Assembly (NCBI RefSeq): GCF_018350175.1
Contig: NC_058368.1
Coordinates: forward strand, 84,012,001-84,076,000
From: Felis catus
Taxonomy: Eukaryota
Reading direction: 5' to 3'
Length of the DNA stretch: 64,000 bases
Position 1 is the first letter of the stretch, and each line of letters begins with the position of its first letter. The translations under genes were made by a program, and so were the position numbers. Of the stretch, positions 13,143 to 27,465 are shown piece by piece. A model generated the notes under the pieces. It did no database searches, was not told where the DNA came from, and worked only from the letters and a program-made list of their open reading frames with translations.

Positions 13143-16100
13143 GTTCTTTTTTTAATTCTTTTTTTTCAATATATGAAATTTATTGTCAAATTGGTTTCCA
13201 TACAACACCCAGTGCTCATCCCAAAAGGTGCCCTCCTCAATACCTATCACCCACCCTCCCCTCCCTCCCATCCCCCATCAACCTTCAGTTTGTTCTCAGT
13301 TTTTAAGAGTCTCTTATGCTTTGGCTCTCTCCCACTCTAACCTCTTTTTTTTTTCCCCTTCCCCTTCCCCATGGGTTTCTGTTAAGTTTCTCAGGATCCA
13401 CATAAGAGTGAAAACATATGGTATCTGTCTTTCTCTGTATGGCTTATTTCACTTAGCATCACACTCTCTAGTTCCATCCACGTTGCTACAAAGGGCAATA
13501 TTTCATTCTTTCTCATTGCCACATAGTACTCTATTGTGTATATAAACCACAATTTCTTTATCCATTCATCAGTTGATGGACATTTAGGCTCTTTCCATAA
13601 TTTGGCTATTGTTGAGAGTGCTGCTATAAACATTGGGTTACAAGTGTCCCTATGCATCAGTACTCCTGTATCCCTTGGGTAAATTCCTAGCAGTGCTATT
13701 GCTGGGTCATAGGGTAGGTCTATTTTTAATTTTCTGAGGAACCTCCACACTGTTTTCTAGAGTGGCTGCACCAGTTTGCATTCCCACCAACGGTGCAAGA
13801 GGGTTCCCGTTTCTCCACATCCTCGCCAGCATCTATCATCTGCTGATTTGTTCATTTTGGCCTCTCTGACTGGCGTGAGGTGATAGCTGAGTGTGGTTTT
13901 GATTTGTATTTCCCTGATAAGGAGCGACGTTGAGCATCTTTTCATGTGCCTGTTGGCCATCCGGATGTCTTCTTTAGAGAAGTGTCTATTCATGTTTTCT
14001 GCCGATTTCTTCACTGGGTGGTTTTTCGGGTGTGGAGTTTGGTGAGCTCTTTATAGATTTTGGATACTAGCCCTTTGTCTGATATGTCATTTGCAAATAT
14101 CTTTTCCCATTCCGTTCTTTCCCTTTTAGTTTTGTTAATTGTTTGCTATGCTGTGCAGAAGCTTTTTATCTTCATAAGGTCCCAGTAATTCATTTTTCCT
14201 TTTAATTCCCTTGCCTTTGGGGATGTGTCGAGTAAGAGATTGCTACGGCTGAGGTCAGAGAGGTCTTTTCCTGCTTTCTCCTCTAGGGTTTTGATGGTTT
14301 CCTGTCTCACATTCAGGTCCTTTATCCATTTTGAGTTTCTTTTGTGAATGGTGTGAGAAAGTGGTCTAGTTTCAACCTTCTGCATGTTGCTGTCCAGTTC
14401 TCCCAACACCATTTGTTAAAGAGACTGTCTTTTTTCCATTGGATGTTCTTTCCTGCTTTGTCAAAGAAGAGTTGGCCATACGTTTGTGGGTCTAGTTCTG
14501 GGGTTTCTATTCTATTCCATTGGTCTATGTGTCTGTTTTTGTGCCAATACCATGCTGTCTTGATGATTACAGCTTTGTAGTAGAGGCTAAAGTCTGGGAT
14601 TGTGATGCCTTCTGCTTTAGTCTTCTTCTTCAAAATTACTTTGGCTATTCGGGGCCTTTTGTGGTTCCATATGAATTTTAGGATTGCTTGTTCTAGTTTT
14701 GAGAAGAATGCTGGTGCAATTTTGATTGGGATTGCATTGAATGTGTAGATAGCTTTGGGTAGTATTGACATTTTGACAATATTTATTCTTCCAATCCATG
14801 AGCAGGGAATGTCTTTCCATTTCTTTGTATCTTCTTCAATTTCCTTCATAAGCTTTCTATAGTTTTCAGCATACAGATCTTTTACACCTTTGGTTAGATT
14901 TATTCCGAGGTATTTTATGCTTCTTGGTACAATTGTGAATGGGATCAGTCTCTTTTTTTGTCTTTCTGTTGCTTCATTGTTAGTGTACAAGAATGCAACT
15001 GATTTCTGTACATTGATTTTGTATCCTGCAACTTTGCTGAATTCATGCATCAGTTCTAGCAGACTTTGGGTGGAGTCTATCAGATTTTCCATGTATCATA
15101 TCATGTCATCTGCAAAAAGTGAAAGCTTGACCTCATCTTTGCCAATTTTGATGCCTTTGATTTCCTTTTGTTGTCTGATTGCTAATGCTAGCACTTCCAA
15201 CACAATGTTAAACAACAGCGGTGAGAGTGGGCATCCCTGTCGTGTTCCTGATCTCAGGGAAAAAGCTCTCAGTTTTTCCCCATGGAGGATGATGTTAGCT
15301 GTGGGCTTTTCATAAATGGCTTTTATGATCTTTAAGTATGTTCCTTCAATCCCAACTTTCTCAAGGGTTTTTATTAAGAAAGGGTGCTGGATTTTGTCAA
15401 AGGCCTTTTCTGCATCGATTGACAGGATCATATGGTTCTTATCTTTTCTTTTATTAATTTGATGTATCACGTTGATTGATTTGTGAATGTTGAACCAGCC
15501 CTGTATCCCAGGAATGAATCCCACTTGGTCATGGTGAATAATTCTTTTTATATGCTGTTGAATTCAAATTGCTAGTATCTTATGGAGAATTTTTGCATCC
15601 ATATTCATCAGGGATATTGGCCTGTAGTTCTCTTTTTTTACTGGGTCTCTGTCTGGTTTAGGAATCAAAGTAGCACTGGCTTCACAGAATGAGTCTGGAA
15701 GTTTTCCTTCCCTTTCTAATTATGGAATAGCTTGAGAAGGACAGGTATTATGTCTGCTTTAAACGTCTGGTAGAACTCCCCTGGGAAGCCATCTGGTCCT
15801 GGACTCTTATTTGTTGGGAGATTTTTGATAACCTATTCAATTTCTTCGCTGGTTATGGGTCTGTTCAAGCTTTCTATTTCCTCCTGATTGAGTTTTGGAA
15901 GCGTGTAGGTGTTTAGGAATTTGTCCATTTCTTCCAGGTTGTCCAATTTGTTGGCATATAATTTTTCATAGTATTCCCTGATAATTGTTTGCATCTCTGA
16001 GGGATTGGTTGTAATCATTCCATTTTCATTCATGATTTTATGTATTTGGGTCATCTCCCTTTTCTTTTTGAGAAGCCTGGCTAGAGGTTTGTCAATTTTG

Positions 16101-19089
16101 TTTATTTTTTTCAAAAACCCAACTCTTGGTTTCATTGATCTGCTCTACAGATTTTTAGATTGTATATTGTTTATTTCTGCTCTGATCTTTATTATTTCTC
16201 TTCTTCTGCTGGGTTTAGGCTGTCTTTGCTGTTCTGCTTCTATTTCCTTTAGGTGTGCTGTTAGATTTTGTATTTGGGATTTTTCTTGTTTCTTGAGATA
16301 GGCCTGGATTGCAATGTATTTTCCTCTCAGGACTGCCTTCGCTGCATCCCAAAGCGTTTGGATTGTTGTATTTTCATTTTCGTTTGTTTCCATATATTTT
16401 TTAATTTCTTCTCTAATTGCCTGGTTGACCCACTCATTATTTAGTAGGGTTTTCTTTAACCTCCATGCTTTTGGAGGTTTTCCAGACTTTTTCCTGTGGT
16501 TGATTTCAAGCTTCATAGCATTGTGGTCTGAAAGTATGCATGGTATAATTTCCATTCTTGTATATTATGAAGGGCTGTTTTGTGACCCAGTATATGATCT
16601 ATCTTGGAGAATGTTCCATGTGCACTCGAGAAGAAAGTATATTCTGTTGCTTTGGGATGTAGAGTTCTAAATATATCTGTCAAGTCCATCTGATCCAATG
16701 TCTCATTCAGGGCCCTTATTTCTTTATTGACCGTGTGTCTAGATGATCTATCCTTTTCTGTAAGTGGAGTGTTAAAGTCCCCTGCAATTACCACATTCTT
16801 GTCAATAAGGTTGCTTATGTTTATGGGTAATTGTTTTATATATTTGGGGGCTCTGGTATTCGGCACATAGACATTTATAATTGTTAGCTCTTCCTGATGG
16901 ATAGACCCTGTAATTATTCTATAATGCCCTTCTTCATCTCTTGTTACAGCCTTTAATTGAAAGTCTAGTTTGTCTGATATAAGTATGCCTACTCCAGCTT
17001 TCTTTTGGCTTCCAGTAGCATGATAAATAGTTCTCCATCCCCTCACTCTCAATCTAAACGTGTCCTCAGGTCTAAAATGAGTCTCTTGTAGACAGCAAAT
17101 AGATGGGTCTTGTTTTTTTATCCATTCTGATACCCTATGTCTTTTGGTTGGTGTATTTAGTCCGTTTACATTCAGTGTTATAGAAAGATACGGGTTTAGA
17201 GTCATTGTGATGTCTGCATGTTTTATGCTTGTAGCGATGTCTCTGGTACTTTGTCTTACAGGATCCCTCTTAGGATTTCTTGTAGGGCTGGTTTAGTGGT
17301 GACGAATTCCTTCAGTTTTTGGTTGTTTGGGAGGACATTTATCTCTCCTTCTATTCTAAATGACAGACTTGCTGGATCAAGTATTCTTGGCTGCATATTT
17401 TTTCTGTTCATCACATTGAAGATCTCCTGCCATGCCTTTCTGGCCTGCCAAGTTTCAAAAGAGAGATCAGTCATGAGTCTTATAGGTCTCCCTTTATATG
17501 TTAGGGCACGTTTATCCCTTGCTGCTTTCAGAATTTTCTTTTTCCTTGTATTTTGCCAGTTTCACTATGATATATTGTGCAGAAGATCGATTCAAGTTAC
17601 TTCTGAAGGGAGTTCTCTGTGCTTCTTGGATTTCAATGCCTTTTTCCTTCCCCAGTTCAGGGAAGTTCTCAGCTATCATTTCTTCAAGTACCCCTTCAGC
17701 ACCTTTCCCTCTCTCTTCCCCCTCTGGGATACCAATTATTCGTATATTATTTCTTTTCAGTGTATCACTTAGTTCTCTAATTTTCCCCCCATACTCCTGG
17801 ATTTTTTTTATCTCTCTTTTTCTCAGCTTCCTCTTTTTCCATAATTTTATCTTCTAGTTCGCCTATTCTCTCCTCTGCCTCTTCAATCCGAGTCGTGGTC
17901 ATTTCCATTTTATTTTGCCTGTGATTTAAAGCGTTTTTCAGCTCCTCCTGACTGTTCCTTAGTCCCTTGATCTCTGTAGCAAGAGATTCTCTGCTGTCCT
18001 CTATACTGTTTTCAAGCCCAGCAATTAAATTTATGACTATTATTCTAAATTCACTTTCTGTTATACTTTTTAAATCCTTTTTGATCAGCTCATTAGCTCT
18101 TGTTATTTCCTGGATATTCTTTTGAGAGGAATTCTTCCGTTTGGTCATTTTGGATAGTCCCTGGAGTTGTGCAGACCTGCAGGGCACTTCTCCTGTGCTG
18201 TGGTGTGTAACTGGAGTTGGTGGTCAGGGCCACAGTCAGACCTGATGTTTGCCCCCAGCCCGCCCATGGAGCCACAGTCAGACTGGTGTGTGCCTTCTCT
18301 TCCCTTCCACTAGGGGCGGGATTCACTGTGGGGTGGTGTGGCCCATCTGGGCTACTTGCACACTGCCAGGCTTGTGGTGCTGGGGATCTGGCATATTAGC
18401 TGGGGTGGGTAGGCAAGGTGCACGGGAGCAGGAGGGGCAGACTTAGCTTGCTTCTCCTTAGGTGATCCACTTCAGGGGGGCCCTGTGACAGCGGGAGGGA
18501 GTCAAACCTGCTGTGGGAGGGGTGGCTCCACAGAAGCACAGCGTTGGATGTTTGTGCAGAGCAAGCAAGTTTCTTGGCAGGAACTGGTTCCCTTTGGGAT
18601 TTTGGCTGGGGGATGGGCGAGGGAGATGGCGCTGGCAAGCACCTTTGTTCCCTACCAAACTGAGCTCTGTCATCAGGGGGCTCAGCAACTCTCCCTCCCT
18701 TTTTCCTCCAGCCTTCCCGCTTTCTGAGCAGAGCTGTTAACTTACGACCTCCCAGATGCTAAGTCCCGCTTGCTGTTGGAACACACTCCATCAGGCCCCT
18801 TTGCTTTTGCAAGCCAGACTCAGGGGCTCTGCTTGTCTGGCGGGCCACCCTTCCACCCTGGCTCCCTCCCGGCAGTCTCTGGAGTGCGCACCGCCTCATG
18901 GCCCTTCCTACCCTCTTCCGTGGGCCTCTCATCTGCGCTTGGCTCTGGAGACTCCCTTCTGCTAATCCTCTGGCGGCTTTCTGGGTTATTTAGGCAGGTG
19001 TAGGTGGAATCTAAGTGATCAGCAGGACACGGGGTGAGCCCAGCGTCCTCCTATGCCACCATCTTCCGAGGATCCCTTAGTTCTTTTTT
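13143..19089 (-). mobile_element. Full-length young LINE-1 (L1_Fc-like) with disrupted ORFs
   Basis: GC-rich 5'UTR (~18150-19079), ORF1, ORF2 and a T-rich tail. TSD gttctttttt at 13143 and 19080, the latter followed by aaaa (TTTT/AA endonuclease site). Confidence 0.97.
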
Positions 19090-19439
19090 AAAATTTATGT
19101 ATTTATTTTTGAGAGAGAGAGTGTGTGAAAATCAGCTTATCAAGTATAAATAACATTATGCTTGATATATAATTTTTCAAAAAATAAACAATAAGAGAGA
19201 AATGAAAAGCAAAAGATCCCTGCTTATCTCTTTCCTTCCCTATTCCCAGAATTCATCACGTTCTGCGATTTACATACATCATGACTAAAGTTGCATATAG
19301 ATTGCAAAAATGATGTTTGATGACAAATAATCATAGTCCAGATTACATGCACAAGGTGAGGTGAGCTTCACTGTGTTAATAGTTTAATTTTAACTGCTTT
19401 AAACTAACAGACAGTTTTGGACAATAAATTATGTATATA

Positions 19440-19753
19440 TATTTTTTAACATTTATTTATTTTTGAGACAGAGAGAGACAGAACATGAACTCAGGAGGGA
19501 CAGCGAGAGAAGGAGACACAGAATCTGAAACAGGCTCCAGGCTCTGAGCTGTCAGCACAGATTGATTGATGTTTCTTATTTAAAAACCATCATCTCTGTC
19601 TTTTCTTTCATTCATATATTCACTCTTAATGCTATTGACCACATCTCCACTCTTCAAAAGCCCCCCCGATGTGGGGCTCAAACTCATGGACGGCGAGATC
19701 ATGACCTGAGCCAAAGTTGGACGCTTAACCGACTGAGCCACCCAGGCACCTCT
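19440..19753 (-). mobile_element. CanSINE interrupted by a 99-bp insert (19562-19660)
   Basis: SINE tail/body 19440-19561 and head 19661-19753 are colinear across the insert. Confidence 0.93.
19562..19660 (+). repeat. Direct copy of 12710-12808
   Basis: 99 bp, 4 mismatches by eye, no indels. Confidence 0.97.
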
Positions 19754-20224
19754 AAATTATATTTTTAAAAAGTAACAGATGATACACTTACAAATAATTC
19801 TAAAAAATATTAATTTAATATTCAAAAATATCAAGTTAGAAATTTATGGTGTTAATACTCTTTTACACTGAGTCCTAATAAACCTGAAAGCAACATATTC
19901 TCTCCAGCCCATAGAAAACACTTCATAGAAATCTACATATTACCTTAAAAAAAGCCAAAGAACTTTTAATTTCTGATATTGTAGTTTACAGATTTTGAAT
20001 ATCTATTTAATTTCTATTTATAAAATCTCATATTCTGATAAAATTCTCCTTCATTTTGTCTTTTTTTCTATTTCTCTACATAAACATATTAAATGTTAGA
20101 ATATTTTTAAGCTCTTATTTTCTTACTCCAGTAACTAGGTCACCTATAATTTTTTTCAAAGGTCTTTTTTTCTTTTGTTTTCAATTATATCTCACTCAGC
20201 ATATGTAGAAATTTATGATTGAAT

Positions 20225-20468
20225 GATTGACATTTTGTATCAATATATAGAAGACCATGTACATAAATATGTAAAGAAAATACTAACAGACAAAAAGAAA
20301 GAAATTGATAGTAATATAGTAATAGTAGGGGACAATAACACCCCACATCAATGAATAGATCATCCAGATAGAAAATTAAGGAAATAGTGCCTTTCAATTA
20401 CACACTAGACAAGTTGGAACAAACAAATATATAAAGAACATTGCACTCACAAACAACAGAATGCACAA
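20225..20468 (+). mobile_element. Old L1 endonuclease-domain fragment
   Basis: Diverged gtaatagtaggggac...atagatcatccagatagaaaatt. Confidence 0.7.
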
Positions 20469-20469
20469 T

Positions 20470-23058
20470 TTAATTTTATTTTGTTTTAATTCCATATAGA
20501 TAATATACAGTGTTATATTAGTTTCAGGTGTAAAATATAGTGATTCAAGAATTCTATGGTACTCAGTGCTCATCAATATAAATGCACTCTTTTTTTCCAA
20601 TCTTTTATTTAAATTCCTGTTAGTTAACATAACAGTGTAATATTAGTTTCAGGAGTATAATATGGTGATTAAATATTTCTGTACAACACCCAGTGTTCAT
20701 AACAAGTGTACTCCTTACTCCCCATCACCTATTTAACACATCCACCCACCCACCTCCCTTCTGGGAGCCATCAGTTTGTTCTGTATACTTAAGATTCTCT
20801 TTCTTGGCTTGCCTCTGTCACCATTTTCCCATTGGCTCATTTGTTTTGTTTCTTAAATTGCATATTGAGTGAAATAGCCTGATACTTGTCTTTCTCTGAC
20901 TGACTTATATCGCTTAGAATAATACTCTCTAGCTCCTTCTGTGTCATTGTGAATGGCAAGATTTTGTTCTTTTTTAAGGTTGAGTTGTATTTCACTTCTT
21001 CATTATCTATTCATCAATTGATGCTCACTTGAACTGTTTCCATAATTTTGCTGTTGTAGAAAAGGCTGCTATAAGCATGTATCCCTTGGAATTAGTACTT
21101 TGTATTCTATGGGTAAATACCTAGTAGTGCAATTGCTTGATCATGGAGTAGTTCTATTTTTAACCTTTAGAAGAACCTCCACACAGTTTTCCATACTGGC
21201 TGCAACACTTTGCATTCCCACCAACAGTGAAAGAGCATTCCCTTTCTCTACATTGTCATTAACACTTGTTTTTTCCTATGTTGTTTATTTTAGCCACTCT
21301 GATAGATATGAGGTAAAATGATGTAGTTTTGACTTGTATTTTCCCCATGACCGGTGACGTTGAGCATCTTCAGTGTCTGTTGGCCATCTGAATGTCTTCT
21401 TTGGAAATATGTCTATTCATGACTTCTGCCCATTTTTAATTGGATTATTCATTTTTATGTATTAAATTTTGTAAGTTTTTAATTTATATTTTGGATACTA
21501 ACATTTTATCATATATGTTATTTGAAAATATCTTCTCTCATTTCACAGGTTGCCTTTTAGTTCTGTTGACTGTTCCTTTTGCTGTAAACAAGCTTTTTAT
21601 TTTGTGGATGTACAAATAGTTTATTTTTGCTATTGTTTCCCTTGCCTCAGGAGACATATCGAGAAAGACGTTGCTACAGCCAATGTCAAAGAATTTACAG
21701 CCTGTATTCTTCTCTAATATTTTTATGGTTTCAGGACTTACATTTAAGTCTGTAATCTATTTTGAATTTACTCTTGCGTATGGTGTAAGAAAATGATCTA
21801 GTTACACTTTTTTGCATGTTCTGTCCAGTTTTTACCATCACCACTTGTTGAAGAGACTGTCTTTTTACCTTCAGATATTCTTTTCTGCTTTTTCAAAGAT
21901 TCATTGACCATATAATTATGGGTTCATTTTTGGGTTGTCTATTCTGTTTCATTGATCAACATGTCTATTTGTGTGCCAGTGCCATACTGTTCTGTTGACT
22001 ATAGCTTTGCAATATGACTTGAAGTTCAGAATTGTAATGTCTCCAGTTTTTCTTTTCTTATTCAAGATTGCTTTGGCTATTTATATTCTTTTGTAGTTTC
22101 ATACAAATTTAGGGTAGTTTCTTCTAGGTTTGTGAAAAATGATGCTGGTATTTTGGTAAGGATTGCATTAAGTGTGTAGATTCCTTAGGGTAATATTTTA
22201 ACAACATTTGGGTATCATTTTAACAATATTTGTTCATCCAATCCATGAGTATGAAACGTCCTTCCATTTCTTTGTGTCATCTTCAGTATCTTTCATCAGT
22301 GTTTTTATAGTTTTTAGGGTACGTCTTTCATCTCTTGAGTGGATTAATTTTTTTAAGATTGTATTTTTAAGTGATCTCACCCAAAAAGTAGCACAAAACT
22401 CACAACCCTAAGATCAAAAGTTGTATGCTGTACCAACTGAACCAGCCAGGTTCCCTGGTTAGGTTTATTATGAGGTATCTTATTATTTTTGGTGTGATTG
22501 TAAGTGGAATAGTTTTCTTAATTTCTCTTTTTGCTGCTTCATTATTGGAGTATAAAATGCAACAGATTTCTGTATTCTGATTTTGTATTCTATAATTGTA
22601 CTGAATTTGTGTATCAGTTCTGGCAATTACTTGGTGGAGACTTCGAGTTTTCTATGTAGAGCATCATGTCATCTGCAGGTAGTCAAAGTTTGACTTCTTC
22701 CTTGTCAAGTTGGATGCCTTTTTTTTTCTTTTTGTTGCCTTATTGCTGTGGCTAAGGATTTTGAGAACTGCGTTAAAATTAAAGTGGTGACAGTGGACAT
22801 CCCTGTCTTCTTCCTGAACGCAGAGGAAAAGCTTTCAGTTGTTCTCCATTGAGGATGATATTAACTGAGTGTGTTTTATATATGACATTTATTATATTTA
22901 GGTATGCTCCCTCTAAACCTACTTTTGAAGGTTTATTTTTTGTTTTGTTTTGTTTTTTATTTTATTTTGTTTTTTATCATGGATGGATGTTTTACTTTGT
23001 CAAATGCTTTATTTTCATCTATTGAAAGGATCATATAGTTATCCTTTTTTTATTAATG
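20470..23058 (-). mobile_element. Older carnivore L1(s): short 3' end (20470-20590) plus a 5'-truncated element (20590-23058)
   Basis: Two successive antisense 3' termini followed by antisense ORF2 sequence. Confidence 0.88.
22345..22456 (-). mobile_element. Short old-type CanSINE nested in L1
   Basis: aaactcacaaccctaagatcaaaagttgtatgctgtaccaactgaaccagccagg with a T-rich tail. Confidence 0.75.
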
Positions 23059-24155
23059 TGTGAAAAAGTATTTGCAAATGGCATATTTGATATAATGTTA
23101 GTATCCAAAATATATAAAGAACTTATAAAACTCAACATCCAAAAAATGAATAATCCATTTAAAAATGGACAGAAGACATGAAAGTCATTTTTCCAAAGAA
23201 TATATACAGATGGCCAATGGACATATGTAAGGATGCAAAACATCACTGATCATCAGAGAAATGCAAATAAAAACTACAATCTTGTATCACCTTACATTTT
23301 TCAGAATGGCTAAAATCAACAACACAAGAAACAACAGTTTTTGGTGAGGATGTGGGGAAAAGGGAACTCTCTTGCACTGTTGGTTGAAATGCAAAGTGGT
23401 GAAGCCACTATGGAAAACGGTATGAAGTTTCCTCAAAAAGTTAAAGATAGAAGTACCCTACAATCCAGCAATTGCACTCCTAGGTATTTACCCATCGAAT
23501 ATAAAGTACTAATTCGAAGGGATACATGCACCCCAATGTTTACAGCAGCATTATTTATAATAGCCATGTTATGGAAACACCCCAAGTGTCTATCAATTTC
23601 TGAATGTATATATATATATATATATATTCCTGAACATATATCCTATATATATACACACACATACACATATATATATTCAGTAATATATATATATTCAGTT
23701 ATATATATAATGTATATGTGTATATATATATACATTATATATATACAGTAATAAAAATATATTCCAGTCATTAAAAAAATGAAATCTTGTACTTTGCAAT
23801 GACATGGATAGAGCTAGAGAATATTATGATAAGCAAAAAAAGTCAGTCAGAGAAAGACAAATATCATATGATTTCACTCACATGTGGAATTTAGGAAAGA
23901 AAACAAATGAGACAAGATAAATAAGAGAGGCAAACCAAGAAATAGAGACTCTATAAGAACGAATGCTGAATACCAGAAGGGAGATTAGTGAGCAGATGGG
24001 TTACATAGGTGATGGGAAGGTGCACGCTTGTTGTGATGAGCACCAGGTTTTATATGGAAGTATTGAATCACTATATTGCACACTTGAAACTAATATTACA
24101 CTGTATGTTAACTAACTGGAATTTAAATATAAATTAATTTAAATAAAAATTTGAA
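23059..24155 (+). mobile_element. 5'-truncated older L1 3' end with internal (TA)n expansion (~23606-23746)
   Basis: ORF2 C-terminus (CTPMFTAALF), 3'UTR, A-rich tail. Confidence 0.9.
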
Positions 24156-24830
24156 AAAATGTTACAGAAAAGAAAAACTTATAAGAAAGACAATTCTGTA
24201 TCTGCATCTACTGCATTGCTTAAGACCACAATTTTAGCTGATATGAAAAGTAAACTGAAAGGCAGCTTTGAATAGATGTTAAGATAATAAAGGCATCTTC
24301 AAAATGAATTTAACTCTTCTGTTTGCTATACATTTTTTTGTAATTTACATTTTTTTAAAAAAAAGGGGATATTTTAGTAAATGTTTATTAAGGCAGTAAA
24401 ACCCTTGAGGTTTATAATTACTACTTAGACATAATGAAAGATGTTTTGTGGAAAATATTTGCTCAAAATATGTCTTTTATGCATAAATGTACACATCACT
24501 ATTTCCTCTTCCTGTTTATACTTTCCAAAAAGCTATAAAAAATCAGAGTATCTTTAATTTAAAATTTTCATTATGATCTATTATTTTCCTTTTGTGAAAG
24601 TATTACAAAATATTATAAAGAAATTATATGGTTCATTTTTTACAATTTTAAACTATGTGTAAATCAGGTCTTTGTTTATACTTTGGTATTTGCAAGCAGG
24701 AAAATGCAAATTTAAGAAAAAATGAATCAACAGTTCATTCCCATTATTGGTTAGAATATGGGGAAATAAATCCTATGCCGCAAATAGGAGTGGAAATTGG
24801 TAATGCAATTTAGAAAGCAATTTAACAATA

Positions 24831-25035
24831 GGGCACCTGGGTGGTTCGGTCAGTTAAACATCCAACTTCAGTTCAGGTCATGATCTCATGGTTTGCGGGC
24901 TTAAACCCCGTGTTGGGCTCTGTGCTGACAGCTTCAGATTCTGTCTCCTTCTCTTTCTCTGTCCCTCCCCTGCTCACTCTCTGTCTGTCTCTCTCTCTGA
25001 AAAATAAACATTAAAAATTTTTTAAATAAAGAAAA
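24831..25035 (+). mobile_element. CanSINE
   Basis: gggcacctgggtgg head and (CT)n. Degenerate TSD agaaagcaatttaacaata / agaaaacaatttgacatta. Confidence 0.92.
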
Positions 25036-26227
25036 AGAAAACAATTTGACATTATGTAAGTAAAACGTGTGAGAAGCAAAAAAGAGACACTTGCTCTAGG
25101 TAATGCACATTAAGTTTTCTCTTATAAGGGGAAATTAATCCATAGATTGTTACCAAGCAAGGGCAGTCTAAGTTTATTAAATAAAAATAATATGAAGGTG
25201 ATACTAACAAGAGAATAAAAATCACATTTTAAAAGGAGTAAAATTAGGTATTTTGAACATGGGCTAAAACTACCATAAACTTTTGGCAAGGAATTGAGGG
25301 TTTTTTCAAAAGGAAACTTTGATTTAACCAGAAACTTACAAACTTGTAAAACACACTAAAGATTTATAATTTGAACAAGTACATCTTGATAAAAATTTAA
25401 ATGGAGAAGCTTTTTTAGAGCCTTCACATTTACCCTGATGTTGTTTTCAGAATTATGATAATTACTAAAAAGGCGACATAACTTATTAAGCATCACAGGA
25501 AAATTTCTCCACTAATATGTATGTTTGCAACTTTGAACAGGCATTTCTATCATTGCCTAGAGAAGGGCTTGACAGACAACCAGTGGTAATTTTGGTTTTT
25601 AAAATGTCAGCTTAAGAGTGAACTTAAATATTAATAAAGTTTTTTGGACAACATATTGTCTCTATTAAGTCATTAAAATTTCTCAATTTTAACTGGGATG
25701 TCTACAGAAAGTAAAAATTAACTTTATCTCTAGAATATACTTATAAAACAAACAATGTCAAAGGTATCTCTGCTAAAAGTATAGCTATAACTGCCTAAAC
25801 CATTGTCTACTAGACAGGCTTTGGATGGAAACTTACATTTAATCACTCACAGACTACTTAGTGACAAATAGAATGAGTTGTAGATTTTTTTAAGATGCAT
25901 CTATAACAAAGTGTTTAGAAGTTATGGTATATCTCGTTAATAGTAAGCTTCATTTTAATCATTCTTAAAATATCATCACTCAAAAATAATAGTCTAAAGT
26001 ACCATCCAGCATTTGAACAGCCATTTAAAAAAAAAAACAAACAAAAAAACAAAAACAAACATGGGGTTTGCCTTCATAAGGAAAAAAAAAAGGTACCTGG
26101 ATTTAGATTTAGGGCAGATTAACAGTTCTTTGGAAGTTAGAAGGAAAATAATGGAATTTCAAAATTATAATGTAGCCAGATAATAGGTGTTTAGTATTAA
26201 GTAGAAAGTCCATTAGTCCAGGAAAGT

Positions 26228-26260
<33 letters not shown>

Positions 26261-26389
26261 GCTTAAATATGAACATATCCAAGAGGTATTTGCACATTTT
26301 TAACCTTTCACTTAATGACAATATAGTACATTGTATTTCAACATCAAACCAGGGATTTCAGAAATTATGTTAAAGAACACCTATCACAC

Positions 26390-27255
26390 TTTTAAGGGAG
26401 ATGACAGGATAAGAGGATCATAAGCATCCCTTGTCCCGTGGATGCATTGGATAACACCCACATTAGAAAATGACTCAAAGACTGGCAGAAAAAGCTCTCC
26501 ACAGTTAATCATAGGACGCCACATCAAAAATAGTAGGAAGATTGAAGATGTAGTTGGGAAAAAACCTAACCTGTGAGACTAACCACAAAAAGAAGGGAAG
26601 CCACAATCATGAAGAATGATGAGGAACAGACCCCATACCAGTCACCCCAGACATGGGGGACCTGCACTGGGAAGAGGAAAGAGGAGTCTTCATAACATTT
26701 GGTTTTGAAAACCACAAGAGCTTAATATCACCAGTTTTGACAGTCAGTGGGTCTTAACACTGAGAACCTACAAACTTGGCTGTGGGGAGCAAGAAGGTGA
26801 CAGGAAACAGTTCCTACCCTTAAAGAGACAGTACACACACAAAAATAATCTTCAGGAGATGCAGCATAGAAGCAGCAGTTTGAAAAGCACATGAGGTATA
26901 TAGGAGAATTTATTTAGTAATCTCAGAATATGCACTGGAAAGGCAGAGATCTTTAGGAGGCTTCCCCAGTAGCAAAAGAGCTGGTGACACCATTGCTTTT
27001 TCCTGCCTCCCAGCCAGAATATCCAGACACATGTGACTCCAGCATGAACATTCACCAACTAGTGTGCTAACACAATGCACCTTGACTCCACATTCCCCTG
27101 AAGACTGCCACATCCAACCTGCCCTATTCAAAAGTTCTTCCAAAGAAGCTCCAGGTCCCATCATGCAAGCAGCCTGGCACATACATTGTGAATACCATGT
27201 GTCTTGCCTCCAAATTCTCTTATGGACAAGACTATTCAACACACCCACCTGAAAG
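26390..27255 (+). mobile_element. Old L1 5'UTR fragment
   Basis: Similar to the 5' ends at 28458 and 48728 (gccacatc...gtaggaag; cagagatctttagg...gagctgg). Confidence 0.65.
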
Positions 27256-27344
27256 GATTCTATTTAAACAGCATCACGAGCATCTCATTGTACAAAGAGC
27301 TGTAGGAGTGGCCAACACTGCTCTAAAATGACTCTTTTCCCTAA

Positions 27345-27421
27345 CATAAAAATGGACATATAGAGGGCCCATAGATAAGTCCATAATTATATATCCAATT
27401 AATCCATAACAAAAAACAAAA

Positions 27422-27465
<44 letters not shown>

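Noticed and set aside
25060..26390. Unassigned AT-rich stretch
   Set aside because: No ORF, terminal repeat or family signature that I can support; it may be ancient repeat.
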